From Lama guanicoe (lineage: Eukaryota), in NCBI GenBank assembly GCA_013239625.1, contig MU053934.1:11447003-11511002 (forward strand): a DNA stretch of 64,000 nucleotides, in the 5' to 3' direction. The position numbers were made by a program, and so were the translations under genes. Shown here piece after piece: positions 24,050 to 35,503 of the stretch (positions are counted from its first letter, which is position 1; the number at the start of each line of letters is the position of its first letter). The notes under the pieces were generated by a model. That model searched no databases. It saw only the letters and a list, made by a program, of their open reading frames with translations, and was not told where the DNA came from.

Positions 24050-24365
24050 CCCAGATAGGCACTTACTAGAATGGTCCCAAATGATCAATTATGGTATGAT
24101 AATTCACAAAGTCACAAGTAGCCAGAAAATGCGTATAATTCTAAGGAGACACCAGTTCTCGCCTCTCAGGCAAAAATCACGAAGGTGACACCTCCTGGTG
24201 GGGACGTGGAGGAAAGACGATAGGCGTACAGTGCGGGGGTGTGAGCCATAACTGCTCTTTCGGGAAGCCATCTGGAAATATACATTGGAATTAAAAACAC
24301 AGAACTGGGGACCCAGCCTTCCCAGCCTGAATACTCATGCGCAAGAGTGAGCGCCACTGTGAGCG
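24050..24365 (+). mobile_element. L1ME-like 3' ORF2 fragment
   Basis: 'gagacaccagttctcgcctctcaggcaaaaatc...ggtggggacgtggaggaa...ctttcgggaagccatctggaaatata...gacccagcc' follows the L1 ORF2 C-terminal consensus. Confidence 0.6.
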
Positions 24366-26693
24366 AGGCCAGCGGCTGTGTGAGGACAGCAGGAGGCAGA
24401 AAAGTGGCCGCAGGACCCCAGATTCATTGCACACTTGCAGCATCGCCCAAACCACGGACACAGAATGACGTGGGATGTGTGTGTTTCTGTGTGAGAGAGT
24501 GTGTGCTGAGATGCGCCCTGACGCCACTGTCTCGAGGGTGCCTTAGTCCCAGGGCTGTCCTGCTCTGCCCCGACCGCTGAGCGCCCCGCAGGCGGAGCCC
24601 CCGTCTGCCTGGCTTTGGTCCCACTCTCATTCTGAAAGATCATTACTGTATCATTTGTAAAATTCAACCTAGAAAGACGCCGATGGAAGGCCGCGTCCTG
24701 GGAACCACTGAGAAACGTCACCCCGGCGTGTGGTCTGGGGGTGGGTGAGGGGGCTGACCTCACAGCCTGGTCTTGCTCTTTGCTTCCCCCAACAGCTCCC
24801 AACCTGACCCAGTGCTAAGACAAGCTGGGGGCAGGGGCGGGGGCTTGGAGGGACCCAGAGGTCTCCTTGAGGAAGGCGCCTGGTGGGGACAGGGAGTCGG
24901 GGTGTTCAGAGCACAGGCTCCCCTTTCCGTGGCCCAGATTCAGGTTTCAGTGGGCAGGCCCCCAGCACGTGCAGCCCTGCTCTGCGCTGGGCTCTGTGCT
25001 TGGTGGGGACGCAGAGTGTGACTCAGAGATGCCTACAAGAGGCCACATTCTGGGCAGAATCAGAAGAGGGTGGGGGATCGGGGTGAGGGTGGAGGGAACT
25101 GAGAGGGGCCCCCTGGTGCTCTGGTGTGCCCAGTGCTCACGGCAGCTGGTCCCCTGTCTGGGTGTGAGAAGGGGAAGTGGGCCAGGGGGTCTCAGGGCTC
25201 TGCCCACTCGGTGCCCAGGGCCTCCAGAGCGGGAACTTTCTCGGCACCACCGCCCTGCTGCACAGTGCTTCACACTCACCTGTGTAGGTGATTGATCTGA
25301 GGGTCTCAGAGGTCAGGGCAGGATCCTGGGGGCTGAGAGAGGGACTGACTCTCCTTCCCAAAGCCCAGGTCACAGTCCAGGTCTGTGTCCCACGGGGCCA
25401 CAGCCTCGAAGTGATGGCTGGAGAAGCTGGACTGGGACCAGACCTGCACGGACGGGCCGTGGGGGAGCCGACCTCGCCCCCAAGAGCCCTGGTTAGAGAC
25501 CAGAGCGTCTCCGTCCCTGCCCTGCAGGGCGCCCGGCAGGTGGGCCGGGGACGGTGCGGGTGTGACCCCCAGCCCATCTGGGCACTTGGGTCTCAGCCTG
25601 CAGGGCACTCGGAAGCTGGAGGGGCTGTGGTGGAGTCGAAGGAGCCCTGGGTCAGATCCAGGACAGACGGACAGACCCTGCAGAGGATGTGCTGTGAGCC
25701 TGCTGCCAGGACACGGGGGTGGCCCAGGTTACAGAAGTAACAAGGCCCCGGGGGCTGCCAGCACGTCCTATCCTTCACCGTCCATGACACTCCTCACCTT
25801 CCCACCATCTCTGTGCACTTATGTTTGCAGTCGTATTAATCTCCAAGTGAGGAAAAGGAGGCTGGGAGAGTGGGCAGGGCCTGGCCTTCCTGTCACCTGC
25901 CATCCCCAAGGGGCTTCCAGGGCTGCACCCCAGCTCCACCCTGAGTGATGCCCCGGCTCCCTGCGAGACTTCAGAGGCCACGAGCGGGGTTGGTGAAAGT
26001 AGGCGCCTCAGGCTCCGGCAGGGCCTGGGATGCGGCCGACCGGGCCAGGGCAGCAGGATGATGCGGTCGGGGCGGAGGTGGCCCAGCAGAGCGCCAGAGC
26101 AGCCCAGATGGCGTCCAGAGGGCGGCCGGGAGCAGGTGCCACACGCCTTGGATGGTCCCCCTGACCATTTGTCCATGATTAACGGCTGGGTCGGAGCCCA
26201 GGAACTACCCCCTCCCTGGCCTGAGACTGGCTGCACCTGCTCCACCGTCAGGGAGGCCCAGGGCTCTGTGGTCTGTGCGCAGCCTGGACCCTGCTTCCCC
26301 TGCAATCAGCTCTATGGCCCCAAACCACTGAATGCTCCCCAGATGCCCTGGGGGGGTGCAGGCGTCCCCTGGGGTGGGGCAGGGGCAACGGGACGGCAGC
26401 ACCAGGGTGCGAGCGCTGTTCAGGGATTCCCGTGCTTGGGACGCACATCCACATGGCTTCCTGCACTAATTTCACTCTGCAAACCCAGGCCTGGGCCTGC
26501 AGCTGCCTGAGAGGAGGAAGCAGCTCGCCTGACATGCCTGTGGAGGCTGGAGTAGGTGGTCTCAGTGTGAGAAGCCCTGTGCTGCTTGTGGGGTACCCTC
26601 ACCGATCTACCCGGCAGTCGTCAGGAAGGGGTTATGAGGGTTAGAGGAAGTGGTGGGGTAACGCACAGGACAGCTTCTCGGGAAATGTAGCTT

Positions 26694-26781
26694 CATCATC
26701 ATCACCATCATCATCACAACCATCATCACCGCCAAGAGCATCACCTTCATTGTCACTCTCACCACCATCATTTTATCATTA
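26694..26781. repeat. Degenerate (CAT/CAC)n trinucleotide repeat
   Basis: 'catcatcatcaccatcatcatcacaaccatcatcacc...caccaccatcattttatcatta'. Confidence 0.85.
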
Positions 26782-29475
26782 CGTCCAGATGATGCTCACG
26801 CGTGCACAGCTTAGAGTCTCACCTCGAGTTAGGCATCAGATCAGAATTCAGCCTCAGGTCTCTCACACTGACCCCTCATCTGATTGTTCCCAGGACCAGC
26901 CCACCTTTAAGGCCCTTTCCCGTCGAGTGGACAGTCACCCCGAGCTCACGTTTCCTCTGAAGACTTGCCCTCTGAGAGCGAACATGGCCCAGACACAGCC
27001 CGAATCCAGATCGGGGTGTGTGTTCCTCAGGCTCTGGGGGGCCGGCTGTTTCACCCCAGCCAGGCAGCCCCACGGTCAGCATTACCCCCGAGAAGAGCAG
27101 GAGTGAGGCCAGCTCCACAGGCGGAATCTCGGGGTAGCGCCCGTTTTGCAGCGCTCACTGCAGGTAGTCTGCTGTGTTTCGGCATTTCCCTCACAAACAG
27201 AAAATCTGTTAATTTGGTGAAAGACTTTAGTTTGTTTTCCACGTGTGGTAGCGAGGTACGCCGGGTAAATACGACACGGACCGCGGTCTGCCGTAAGCCC
27301 GAAGCCCACGGGTAACCCGCCATCTGTGGCTGGAGGAACACCCAAGGCTCACTGTGCGGGCTAGGGCCGGGCCCCCGCACGCGCTGCGCCGTGTTCTCCG
27401 TGTGAAACCCCAGGGGAGCGTCAGAGTCAGGCCCTGTCCTGCGGGCGCTGCCTTGGGGTGCCCATCGGTGTCCCCAGGATATCAGGGTTAGACTGGGTTA
27501 GAGAGGGTTGTACAAAGCACAGGGTGAGGGACACACACGTGCCACCAGGCAGGCGGGGCTGTCACGCCAAGGCCCACATGGGCCCGTGGGGTACCCGTGG
27601 TGGCCACCTCCAGCAGATATGCCGCCGGGGGAAGGGCGAGGTGGAGCAGCCGCAGGGGCCTCGCTGTCACACCCGGCACCTCACCCAGCAGCCTCTGCTC
27701 TCCATCAGTGTCTTGCCCCCCCCGAATCTGCCAGGTCTGGTGCCCTGTCCCACTGCAGGGACGCTCTGTGCCTGGCCGCACACCTCTGCGGCTGAGTGTG
27801 GCTGCTCCCCGTCTAGACTGGCGACCTGGGCTCCGACGAACTTAACAGTGACACCAAGTGTCCCCTCTACTGGCTGACACCACTTCCCAGTCCTTGGATC
27901 TGCTGTCTCCCCCCAGGTCCAGTCAAGCATGAGGGTCAAAGTCTCCAGAGCCGGATCCCAGTCCTGAGCCCCGCGTGGGCCTCCCTCCTCCTCCCAGACT
28001 GCGTCAGGGCACCTGCTTACCGGCAGGGACGCGCCTGCAGACCGGCAAGCTCTCCGAAGCTGAGGACACAGTCAGCGTGCTCCTGTGGCCCCAAAGCCAG
28101 CCCGCACCCCCTGCTTTCAGCCGGGGGCTTTCGGATTCACGGATGAGCCATGTGGCCACGCCCTGGGCTCACGCCTGTGTGCCAGGGGATGCTCAGCCTC
28201 CGTCAGTGAGCCCGGCCTGCTTGGACCGCAAGCTGCAGAGACGCCTCTCCCAGGCAGCGTTCCCCAGTGATGGGGTCCGTGTCTCTCCTGTCCGCTCTGC
28301 CCCTGGCCCAGGCACCCCCACCCTCTGGGTCTCAGGGAACTTCTTTTACCAGAAATGCTGAGGTGAAGAGGAAGGTGCGGAGAGAAAGGGGTTAAAGGCA
28401 GAATGACGGGAAGGGGGCGTCTGTGGGAGGGAGGCTGAGAAAGAGGCTAGAGAAGAAGCAGGCTAGGTGGAGACTGGGTCCCAGCGGGGCCGGAGGGCGG
28501 AGACCCCCATCATGGGGACGGAGCCCTCACTCCAGCCTGGACGCCGCCCCTCCCTGTGCACAGCAGCAGGCCAGGGTCCCCCAGCACACCCCCAGTCTCA
28601 GCCAGCCCCACCGCTTCCCAGCCGCCAGCCCAGCAGCCCGTCCTGCAGCCGGACACCGAGTTCGTCAAGGCTTCTGCCTGGGGTCCAGCCTCCCTGAGTC
28701 CCCAGATGGGGCTCACCCTCCGCAGCCGAGCCCGGGGTGGGCGGCACGCTGTGTGCTCTAAGTGCCTCCTCGTTGAGCAGCCTCTCCGGGAGGGCACCCC
28801 CGTCTCCGCGCGGGGAGGCCGCTGCGCTGCGGCTTAAGGGGCTCCAGCGTTTGCTCTGGAACCCTTGGTGTTGACCCTTCACTGCGACGGGTGTCAAAGA
28901 GAGACCTCGAGAACTTGCTCTGTAACTTAGCAGCGCTCACGGTAACACCCTTAACCCCTGCTCTCCACAGCCGGCGGGAAGCTCTCGGCCCCTCCAGCGT
29001 TCCCTGCATCCGGCAGCGGCGACTCTTTCCCGCACCGCCATCGATCCCACCGGTCAGCCTGCGCCTTTGAAGGCCTTTGTCAATACTCGTGGCCAGTACC
29101 AGACCCAGTCGCTCCTTGGCCATGGTCTGGGGGCCAGGGCGCTGGGCGCTGGGCAGCTGTGGGCCCCTGGGGCTGGAGGAGCGCCCCCCTCCCGCACTGA
29201 CAGCATCACTGTCTGGGCCCCGGCGGGCAGCTCTCCGGACAGGTGATGTGCCCGTCAGCCCTGTCTGCTGGGCACGGCCCTGTGCAAGCCTGGGCCCCCC
29301 TCCGAGGGAGGACACTGCCGGCGTGAGCCCCTCCCACCACAGCAGGGCCGTGACCTGGACTCTGCACTTCTCACCTTGCAGCAGGATACCTGAGGGACCA
29401 GACTAGACACTCACCAGGGACCCAGGCAAGGTGGGGAGCAGGACCACGATGTGAATGAACACACAAGCACTGTGA

Positions 29476-29517
29476 ACACACGCACACGTGCACACACACG
29501 TGCACACACACACGCGC
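29476..29517. repeat. Alternating purine-pyrimidine (CA/CG/TG) tract
   Basis: 42 nt of uninterrupted RY alternation with two CACGTG. Confidence 0.85.
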
Positions 29518-31387
29518 TCACAAATTACATCCCTGGAAGGGCTTGGCTTGGGGCCCGCTCTGCTAAGGGTTGGATTCTGAAGACAAAGCCACCAGCTGTT
29601 TCAGTAACAAAGGTGTTGCGGCCATCAAGCCATCAGCCGCCCCCCACGCTCACCCTGGGGGGACGCGGGGTGGGAAAGCACAGGACGGTGGTCCTGGAGA
29701 GCTCAGTGCAGATCAGAGGGGTGATCGCAGGGAGCCCAGACCTCTGCACCGTCCCACACACAGAAAAGTGCTAAATTCCCTGAGATAACGGTTTTCTCTA
29801 AGTAAAAGTCACCTTTTGATGTTCTGACTACCTGGCCTTTGTTGCAAAACGTCTGTATCTCCCGACCCCTCCCCTGCCTCTTAGGGCCGAGAGGCCGCCC
29901 CCCAGGTTCCAGTGCCCAGAAAGGCCGCCGGATAAAGCGCAGCCCTCTGCTTGTCCAACGTGCATCTTTTTCAGTCGACACACCCAGCTATTCTCCTTCC
30001 ACTGCCCCATTTGACACGCTAGTGGGCACCGAGGCTCTGTCCTCCTGGGGGGACACCAGCTGCTGCCGTGGCCTCCGTCGTAAACGCGCTGTCACGGTGA
30101 CATTCGGACGCATGTCTTTGCCCACAAGTGCGAGTCTTTCCCGGAGCAAGGAGAACGTGCATTTAACCTGGACACACTGGTTGGGTTGCCTCCGAGCAGC
30201 CTTGGCCCGAGCGCGTTCCTGCCGGAGGCTGGTTCCAAGGCCTGGCCGTCCGGCACCGACCCGGGCTCTGCCACACTCCCCCCACCCCCGCTGCCTCCCG
30301 CGGCCGGCTGTTCCTCCTGTCTCAGGACTTTGTCTTCCTCCCGCGCGTCCGGTCCCTTTCCCACTGTGTCGCCTTCCCCTGCGTGGCTCCTGACTCCCCG
30401 CGGGCAGCAGTCTTCGATTTTGCATAAATTGCAAGCATTTTCTCTGTTATGTCTCTTCGCATTGCTCACGAGGCCATTCTTATTGGACATTTTAATTTTC
30501 ACGTTGACAAATCTGTCCTTGATGACAACCTCTGAGCTCTGTGCGTGAGTTCTGTGCTATTTATTGCGTGTGGAGTTAATGCTCCCTGATAGACCGTAAT
30601 GGTTCACAACAATTTATAAAAACTATGATCTCAGCGCTATCTCTCAGCGCAACCTTCACCGCACGCGCGGGCCTTCCTCTGGCTTTGATTATTTTTTTCC
30701 AGTACATTTCTGTTTTCATTCCCGTGCTAACACACACATTATCTTTTGAGTTGACTGTTGCCTAGTTCTGCCTGATGCCTGATTGGAATCACTGCGTCAT
30801 CCTTTGCCTGTATTTTCACAGTTAGACTTGCCAACTTTCTACTTCATGTACATTTTAAGATTAAATTTCACAAGACGTGAAAATGGAATTTGATTGGAAT
30901 TGAATGAAATTTCTATAGCAATTTGGGAAGCATGTGCATCCTGGCAGCACTCCCGCCGCCCCCCAAAAGCACTGTTTATGGTCCCTTCTAGACAGGCCTT
31001 CTCTTACGTCTTTTCAATAACGTGTGTAACTTTCTTAAATCTACACACTGCATTGCACATACTTGTGATTTTTCTGGGCAGTCTGAGCTTCCCTTTGTCA
31101 ACGTGAACGTGGTAGGAGCGTGGGCGTGTGATAAAGCTGCTCCTGGCTAGGCTGTTTGGGGCTGACACCGGCCACATTCTGTGCTCCTGAAATAACTCTG
31201 GTAGTTGGTTTCTTCCAGTGGATTTTCCAGTTGTCCTCATTCTATCTGTAAATGATTATACACTTTTTTTAAAAAACTCCTTCCTTTCTAGGAAAGAAGC
31301 GGAGACGAATGTTCTCCCCTTCAGATGTGGAAGCACCACAGGTTTTCAGGATTAATCAGAGCACTCGCTGCAGGTGTGTGGTAGAAC

Positions 31388-31410
31388 CACACACACACAC
31401 ACACACACAC
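31388..31410. repeat. (CA)11 microsatellite
   Basis: Direct count. Confidence 0.95.
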
Positions 31411-32075
31411 TAAAGAAGAGACTTTGCATCATTAACCTGCTAAAATGTCTAAAGATCGGATGGGCGCTCCGTCTGTGGGATGCTTGGAGCGTTTATCAAG
31501 GTGCGCACAGGTGCCATCCCCTCTGTGATCGGTCAATACGCGTGAACACATTTCCTGAACCTAAGGTGGCCTCGCGTTTCAGATCTGAGCCTTTTTGGTT
31601 GTGATGTATCGTCTTTTTAGTACCTTGTTGAAACAGCTCTCCGTCTCTCTCGGAAGCTCTAGAAGGCCCTGTCTGTGCAACGCGAGGTTCCGTAGAATGA
31701 ACGCAGGTACCATCTGGACCTGGTGCCTGAGAAAGGGGACCACTGATAGTTTTAGACTTACTTTTGATCATTTTCCTTTTGCAGCTAGTTTTATGCTCGT
31801 TAAGAGAATGTTTCTCATCTACATTTGTCTAAGTACATGCGTTTTCTATTTAGCTTTAAAAATGCATCATTTAGATTTACCAGGTTTCTGTTACCAGCAT
31901 TTCAAAAACGGATCTCGTGGTTTCACAAAGATTCCTCGTTTCTCTTCATTTTCAGCTTTACTGGGACACAGACACTGTGTAATAAAGAGCCGTGTTTAAA
32001 CTCTGCAGTTCGAGGCGTTCCAACAGCTGCCCACCCTGTGGGACGCGCACCGGGACCCAGGAGCCAGCTGTGCCG

Positions 32076-32135
32076 CTCCGTCCTCCGTCCTCCGTCCTCC
32101 GTCCTCCTTCCTCCATCCTCCGTCCTCTGTCCTCC
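32076..32135. repeat. Heptamer tandem repeat (TCCTCCG)~8
   Basis: 'ctccgtcctccgtcctccgtcctccgtcctccttcctccatcctccgtcctctgtcctcc'. Confidence 0.9.
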
Positions 32136-33589
32136 TGGTGACCCGGCCCCGCCACCCTGCGCCCTCCTGCTGCTTCCGCCCAGGACGCTAACACCATACA
32201 TTTTTTTCCTCTTTTTGATCTTTTCATAGCATCACGAGTCCCCGAGCTGCGCTTATATTTTTCAACACTTTTCTCCTTTCTGCTGTTCAAAATCATTTTG
32301 GTCAGAGTATTTTCAAGCCCATTTCTCCCTCTGCCATCACCTCGTCTTGGTATGGAGCCCGCCAAGTGAGAGTTTCACTTTGCTTACTGAAGAGTTTAGT
32401 TCTGAAACGTACATTTAATTCTTCTTCAGGCTTTCCCTTCCTTTGCCGATGCGCCGTCTTCCACTTGTTTCGAGAGGGTTCACCTTTACCTGCGGTGAGG
32501 ACGGCTGCCCTGAAGCCATCCCCGTAGCTGCGTCTCCTTGGCTTTGACTTCTGCTTGTTGTTTCCGACTTGTGAGCTGATGTGTCCCCGGCACTCCGTGT
32601 GCCGAGTGACTTTAAATTGCCTTCTGGGCCTTGTCAGCGTTGCCCTATGAGACTCGGACTGTTAGAGCCTAAGGGGAGTGTTGCTTCCTGTTGCTTTCGC
32701 TTGACCAGAAAACCCCAGATTGCGTTCAAGCCTCAGGTTCCAGCCTGTCTTTGTGGACCGTGGTCCCAGCGTCAGTCCTGTCCTCAAGCTCTTGCAGGGC
32801 CGCCCAGGTCAGCCCCACGCCACCCCGCGGCCAGCTCGAGTCCTCAGCCTGGGGGTGCCCATCAGGGTCAGACCCACACAGTGCAGCTCAGAGCCCTTGG
32901 CTTGATTCACAGCTTCCTGGGTTCGCTTTCTTCGTCTCCTTCCCCATCACCATCCCTCCAGCACTTTCGAGCTCCCAGACGCCCCTCCTGGTCTGGCTGG
33001 AAGGTGGAGGCCGTGTTTCCCAGCTCTGTCACTCACTGGCTGTGACTCCATTTTCATCCAGGTGTTGGTGCCGGGAGGACAGAAGAGGAAGAGAACAGCG
33101 GGGACCCACTGTGCACCCCTGGGGTCTCAACTCCTTGGATCAGAGAAGGGTCCCTCCCCAGGGTCCCAGGGGCCCCCCTGGCTGCCCCGCTGCCCCTGTC
33201 TGCTGCCGTCACCTCTGGTGTATTGCTTGTGGCTGAGAAGAGAGGACAGGGTGATGTTAAAAATAAGCCTCGTCCCCCCACCCTGGTCCTTACAAGCCCC
33301 CCCACCCCCCGCACCCGCTGTCTTGGAGCTCCTTCTCTTTGTGCTCAGTGTGCCCCTCCCAGTTTCTCCAAGTTTCATGCCCTCCTCGTCCCCAAGCCGG
33401 GTGACACCCAGGGGGACATGGTGAGCTCACGGGTTCTGCAGGACCTTGAGTTCTGGTCTCCGCCACCAGCTCACCTGCTGCCACCTGCCTGCCGGCGTCC
33501 CCGGGGCGCCGCTCCGGGCAGCCTGTCCGGGACCTGCAGCGGGGCGGGCAGGGCGCAGCCCGCTCACGCCGCCTCGCCTGGAGCCCAGT

Positions 33590-34400
33590 GCATGTAAGTG
33601 CAATCTTCATCTTTATTTCTGCTCTAACGAGAATGGCCGGACGTCTCTTCCCATGACGAAGAGCACCTTGCATTTATTCCCTGTGTTCACGGCCCCGGTG
33701 GATCTTCCTGACCGGGTTCAGTCTTTCTTCTTCATTGTTGCGAAAGCCGTCCAGGTACTGCGCGCCCCGCTCCAGCTGGGATGCGCCGCGCGCGGCTCCC
33801 CCGTCTGCTCTGCGCCATTGTACTTTGCTTGTGGTACTTCTTCCCTGCAACATGGTTTATACGCATTCCAGGTAGCGCTCCGTGTTGCACCAAACTCATC
33901 GCACTTCTTCTGTGTTTGTGGGCTGCTTTCCTACACTTCTCAAGAGTTGGAATTTATCCTCATTTAAAGTGTGGGAAGAGGCTCCAGCTTTCCATGTGGT
34001 TGCCCAGTTCCCCAAAGCTACTCCTAGAAGCCCGCACTTCTTCTGGTGCTGGGGACGCACACACATTTCCGCATGCAAGTGTGTCTACTTCTGGCTTTTT
34101 CTATCTCCCCCATCAGCCTGTCTGTCGCTGCGCTGACACCTTCCTCTCGTCATCACAGAGGACCGCGCTGTGCTTTAGTATCTGACGGGCCAGCCCTCCA
34201 CCCACTGTGCCTGTATTTCAGGGTTTTCTTGACTACTTCTTTTCCTTAATAAACTTTGTAAGCAGCTTGCCCACCTCTAGAAACAAAAACAGAGAATTTT
34301 ATGAAAACCTAAGGAAAAATTGCATTATATGTAATTGAGAGTTTTCTACCCTAAGATATTGTATCTTCCCTATTTTTCAAGTTTCCATTTGCGGGATTGT
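33590..34400 (-). mobile_element. Degenerate L1ME-like ORF2 fragment
   Basis: 'ccagctttccatgtggttgcccagttccc', 'gtctacttctggctttttcta', 'aaactttgtaagcagcttg', 'aaacctaaggaaaaattgcat' parallel antisense L1 ORF2. Confidence 0.65.
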
Positions 34401-34599
34401 TTCACACCATCCTTCATTTAAAAAAAGCAGGTTAAGTTAATTGCTTTAGCCCTGCTTGCCGTGAGTGGCCACCGGGTAACAGGAGGACCAGAGGGCATGG
34501 GCTCAGGCGGGAGCGTCCCGCTCTTGTCAGAGCAGGGCTGCAGAGCCCTCGCGGGGGCCCCTTTGACTCTCCAGTCGGCCACCCCCCAGCTGGTCCACA

Positions 34600-34662
34600 A
34601 CGGGTGACTACCTTACCTTCTCTGTGCCTCAGACCCTCATCTGCAGACGGGAATTAAGACCT
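34600..34662. mobile_element. MIR fragment
   Basis: 'accttaccttctctgtgcctcagaccctcatctgcagacgggaat'. Confidence 0.6.
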
Positions 34663-35244
34663 CTTCACTCGATGCTCAGTTTCTTCCTGCATCTAATCCG
34701 TCCCCTCGTCTTTGTCGCGTTCACATCCCCGTCCTCAGCCTTTTCAAGTCGTGTTTTCGAAGTCGACGCTCTCTGGGAAGCGTGGTGCAGAGCCCGGTGT
34801 TCCTTCCCTTCCCAGCACAGGGTGCACCCTACCTCCCCACTGCGAGTTAAAAGGGATAGACCGAATGTCATGCTGAATTTGAGGTTCTGTTAGTTTAGCC
34901 TTATTCCTGAAGGAGAAAGTGCGTGCATTTACGTAACTGGATTCTTATCTGAAGGAAACGGAACTTGCTAAACTTCTGAGGGTTACTTGCCGTTAGTAAA
35001 CACTTTCCTTTCGGCAGTGTTTCAGGTAATGGCTTCAGCTAAGCACGGCCAAGAAAGGCGCTGCAGCGCGCCCTCCCCAGCCACTTCCCGTGCGCTCCCG
35101 GGCGGTGTTCTGCGCGGTCAGGAAAGCGGTGAGACCCAGCCCCAGACCTGTTTAGGACGTCACTAAACTGCTTTCGTTAACTATAACGTAATGGAAACCC
35201 TGTCATGTTTTCACTCCGCAGATACTTACCCAGAGTCAGCTTTG

Positions 35245-35503
35245 ATGGTGCGAAGAAATGCAGCTGGTTTCCGCGTGTTAATCTTGCATCCTGCTACCTT
35301 GCCGAGTTCTTTTAACAGCTCTGGTCGTTTCCGTGTGGAGCTTTTAGGGTTTTCTATACATAGCATCGTGTCTCCTGCACGTGGTGACAGTTTCACCTCT
35401 TCTCTTCCAAGTGGGACCCCTTTCGTTTCTCTCTCTTGCCTTGATTGCCGTGGCTAGGACTTCCAAGACTATGCTGAATGGAAGTGGTGAGAGTGGGCTT
35501 CCT
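35245..35503 (-). mobile_element. LINE-1 ORF2 reverse-transcriptase fragment
   Basis: Minus ORF 35344-35574 contains 'GSPLSPLPFSIVLEVLATAIK' (cf. L1 RT QGCPLSPLLFNIVLEVLA); a frameshift precedes the FADD-equivalent region. Confidence 0.9.

Larger units (their letters stand above)
29940..32900 (-). mobile_element. Collapsed, highly diverged LINE-1 (L1M) in antisense, running from 3' ORF2 through the RT-adjacent region to ORF1/5' end
   Basis: Collinear reverse-strand remnants: 3' region ~29940-30800; 'gaatttgattggaattgaatgaaatttctatagcaatttgggaag' (~30890); 'agaatgaacgcaggtaccatctggacctggtg' (~31695, PGPDG motif); ORF1/5'-end-like 'ggagcccgccaagtgagagtttc...tttagttctgaaacgtacattt' and 'tatgagactcgga' (32200-32670). 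Interrupted by unique and simple sequence; could be more than one element. Confidence 0.75.

Noticed and set aside
26694-26781. Poly-His-like coding stretch
   Set aside because: Degenerate (CAT)n microsatellite without an open exon context.
27484-27510. GGGTTAG twice, possible interstitial telomeric repeat
   Set aside because: Only two non-adjacent units; no (TTAGGG)n array.
28870-28898. Small hairpin TTGACCC...GGGTGTCAA, possible miRNA/ncRNA
   Set aside because: Stem too short and bulged for a pre-miRNA; I recognised no known miRNA sequence anywhere in the window.
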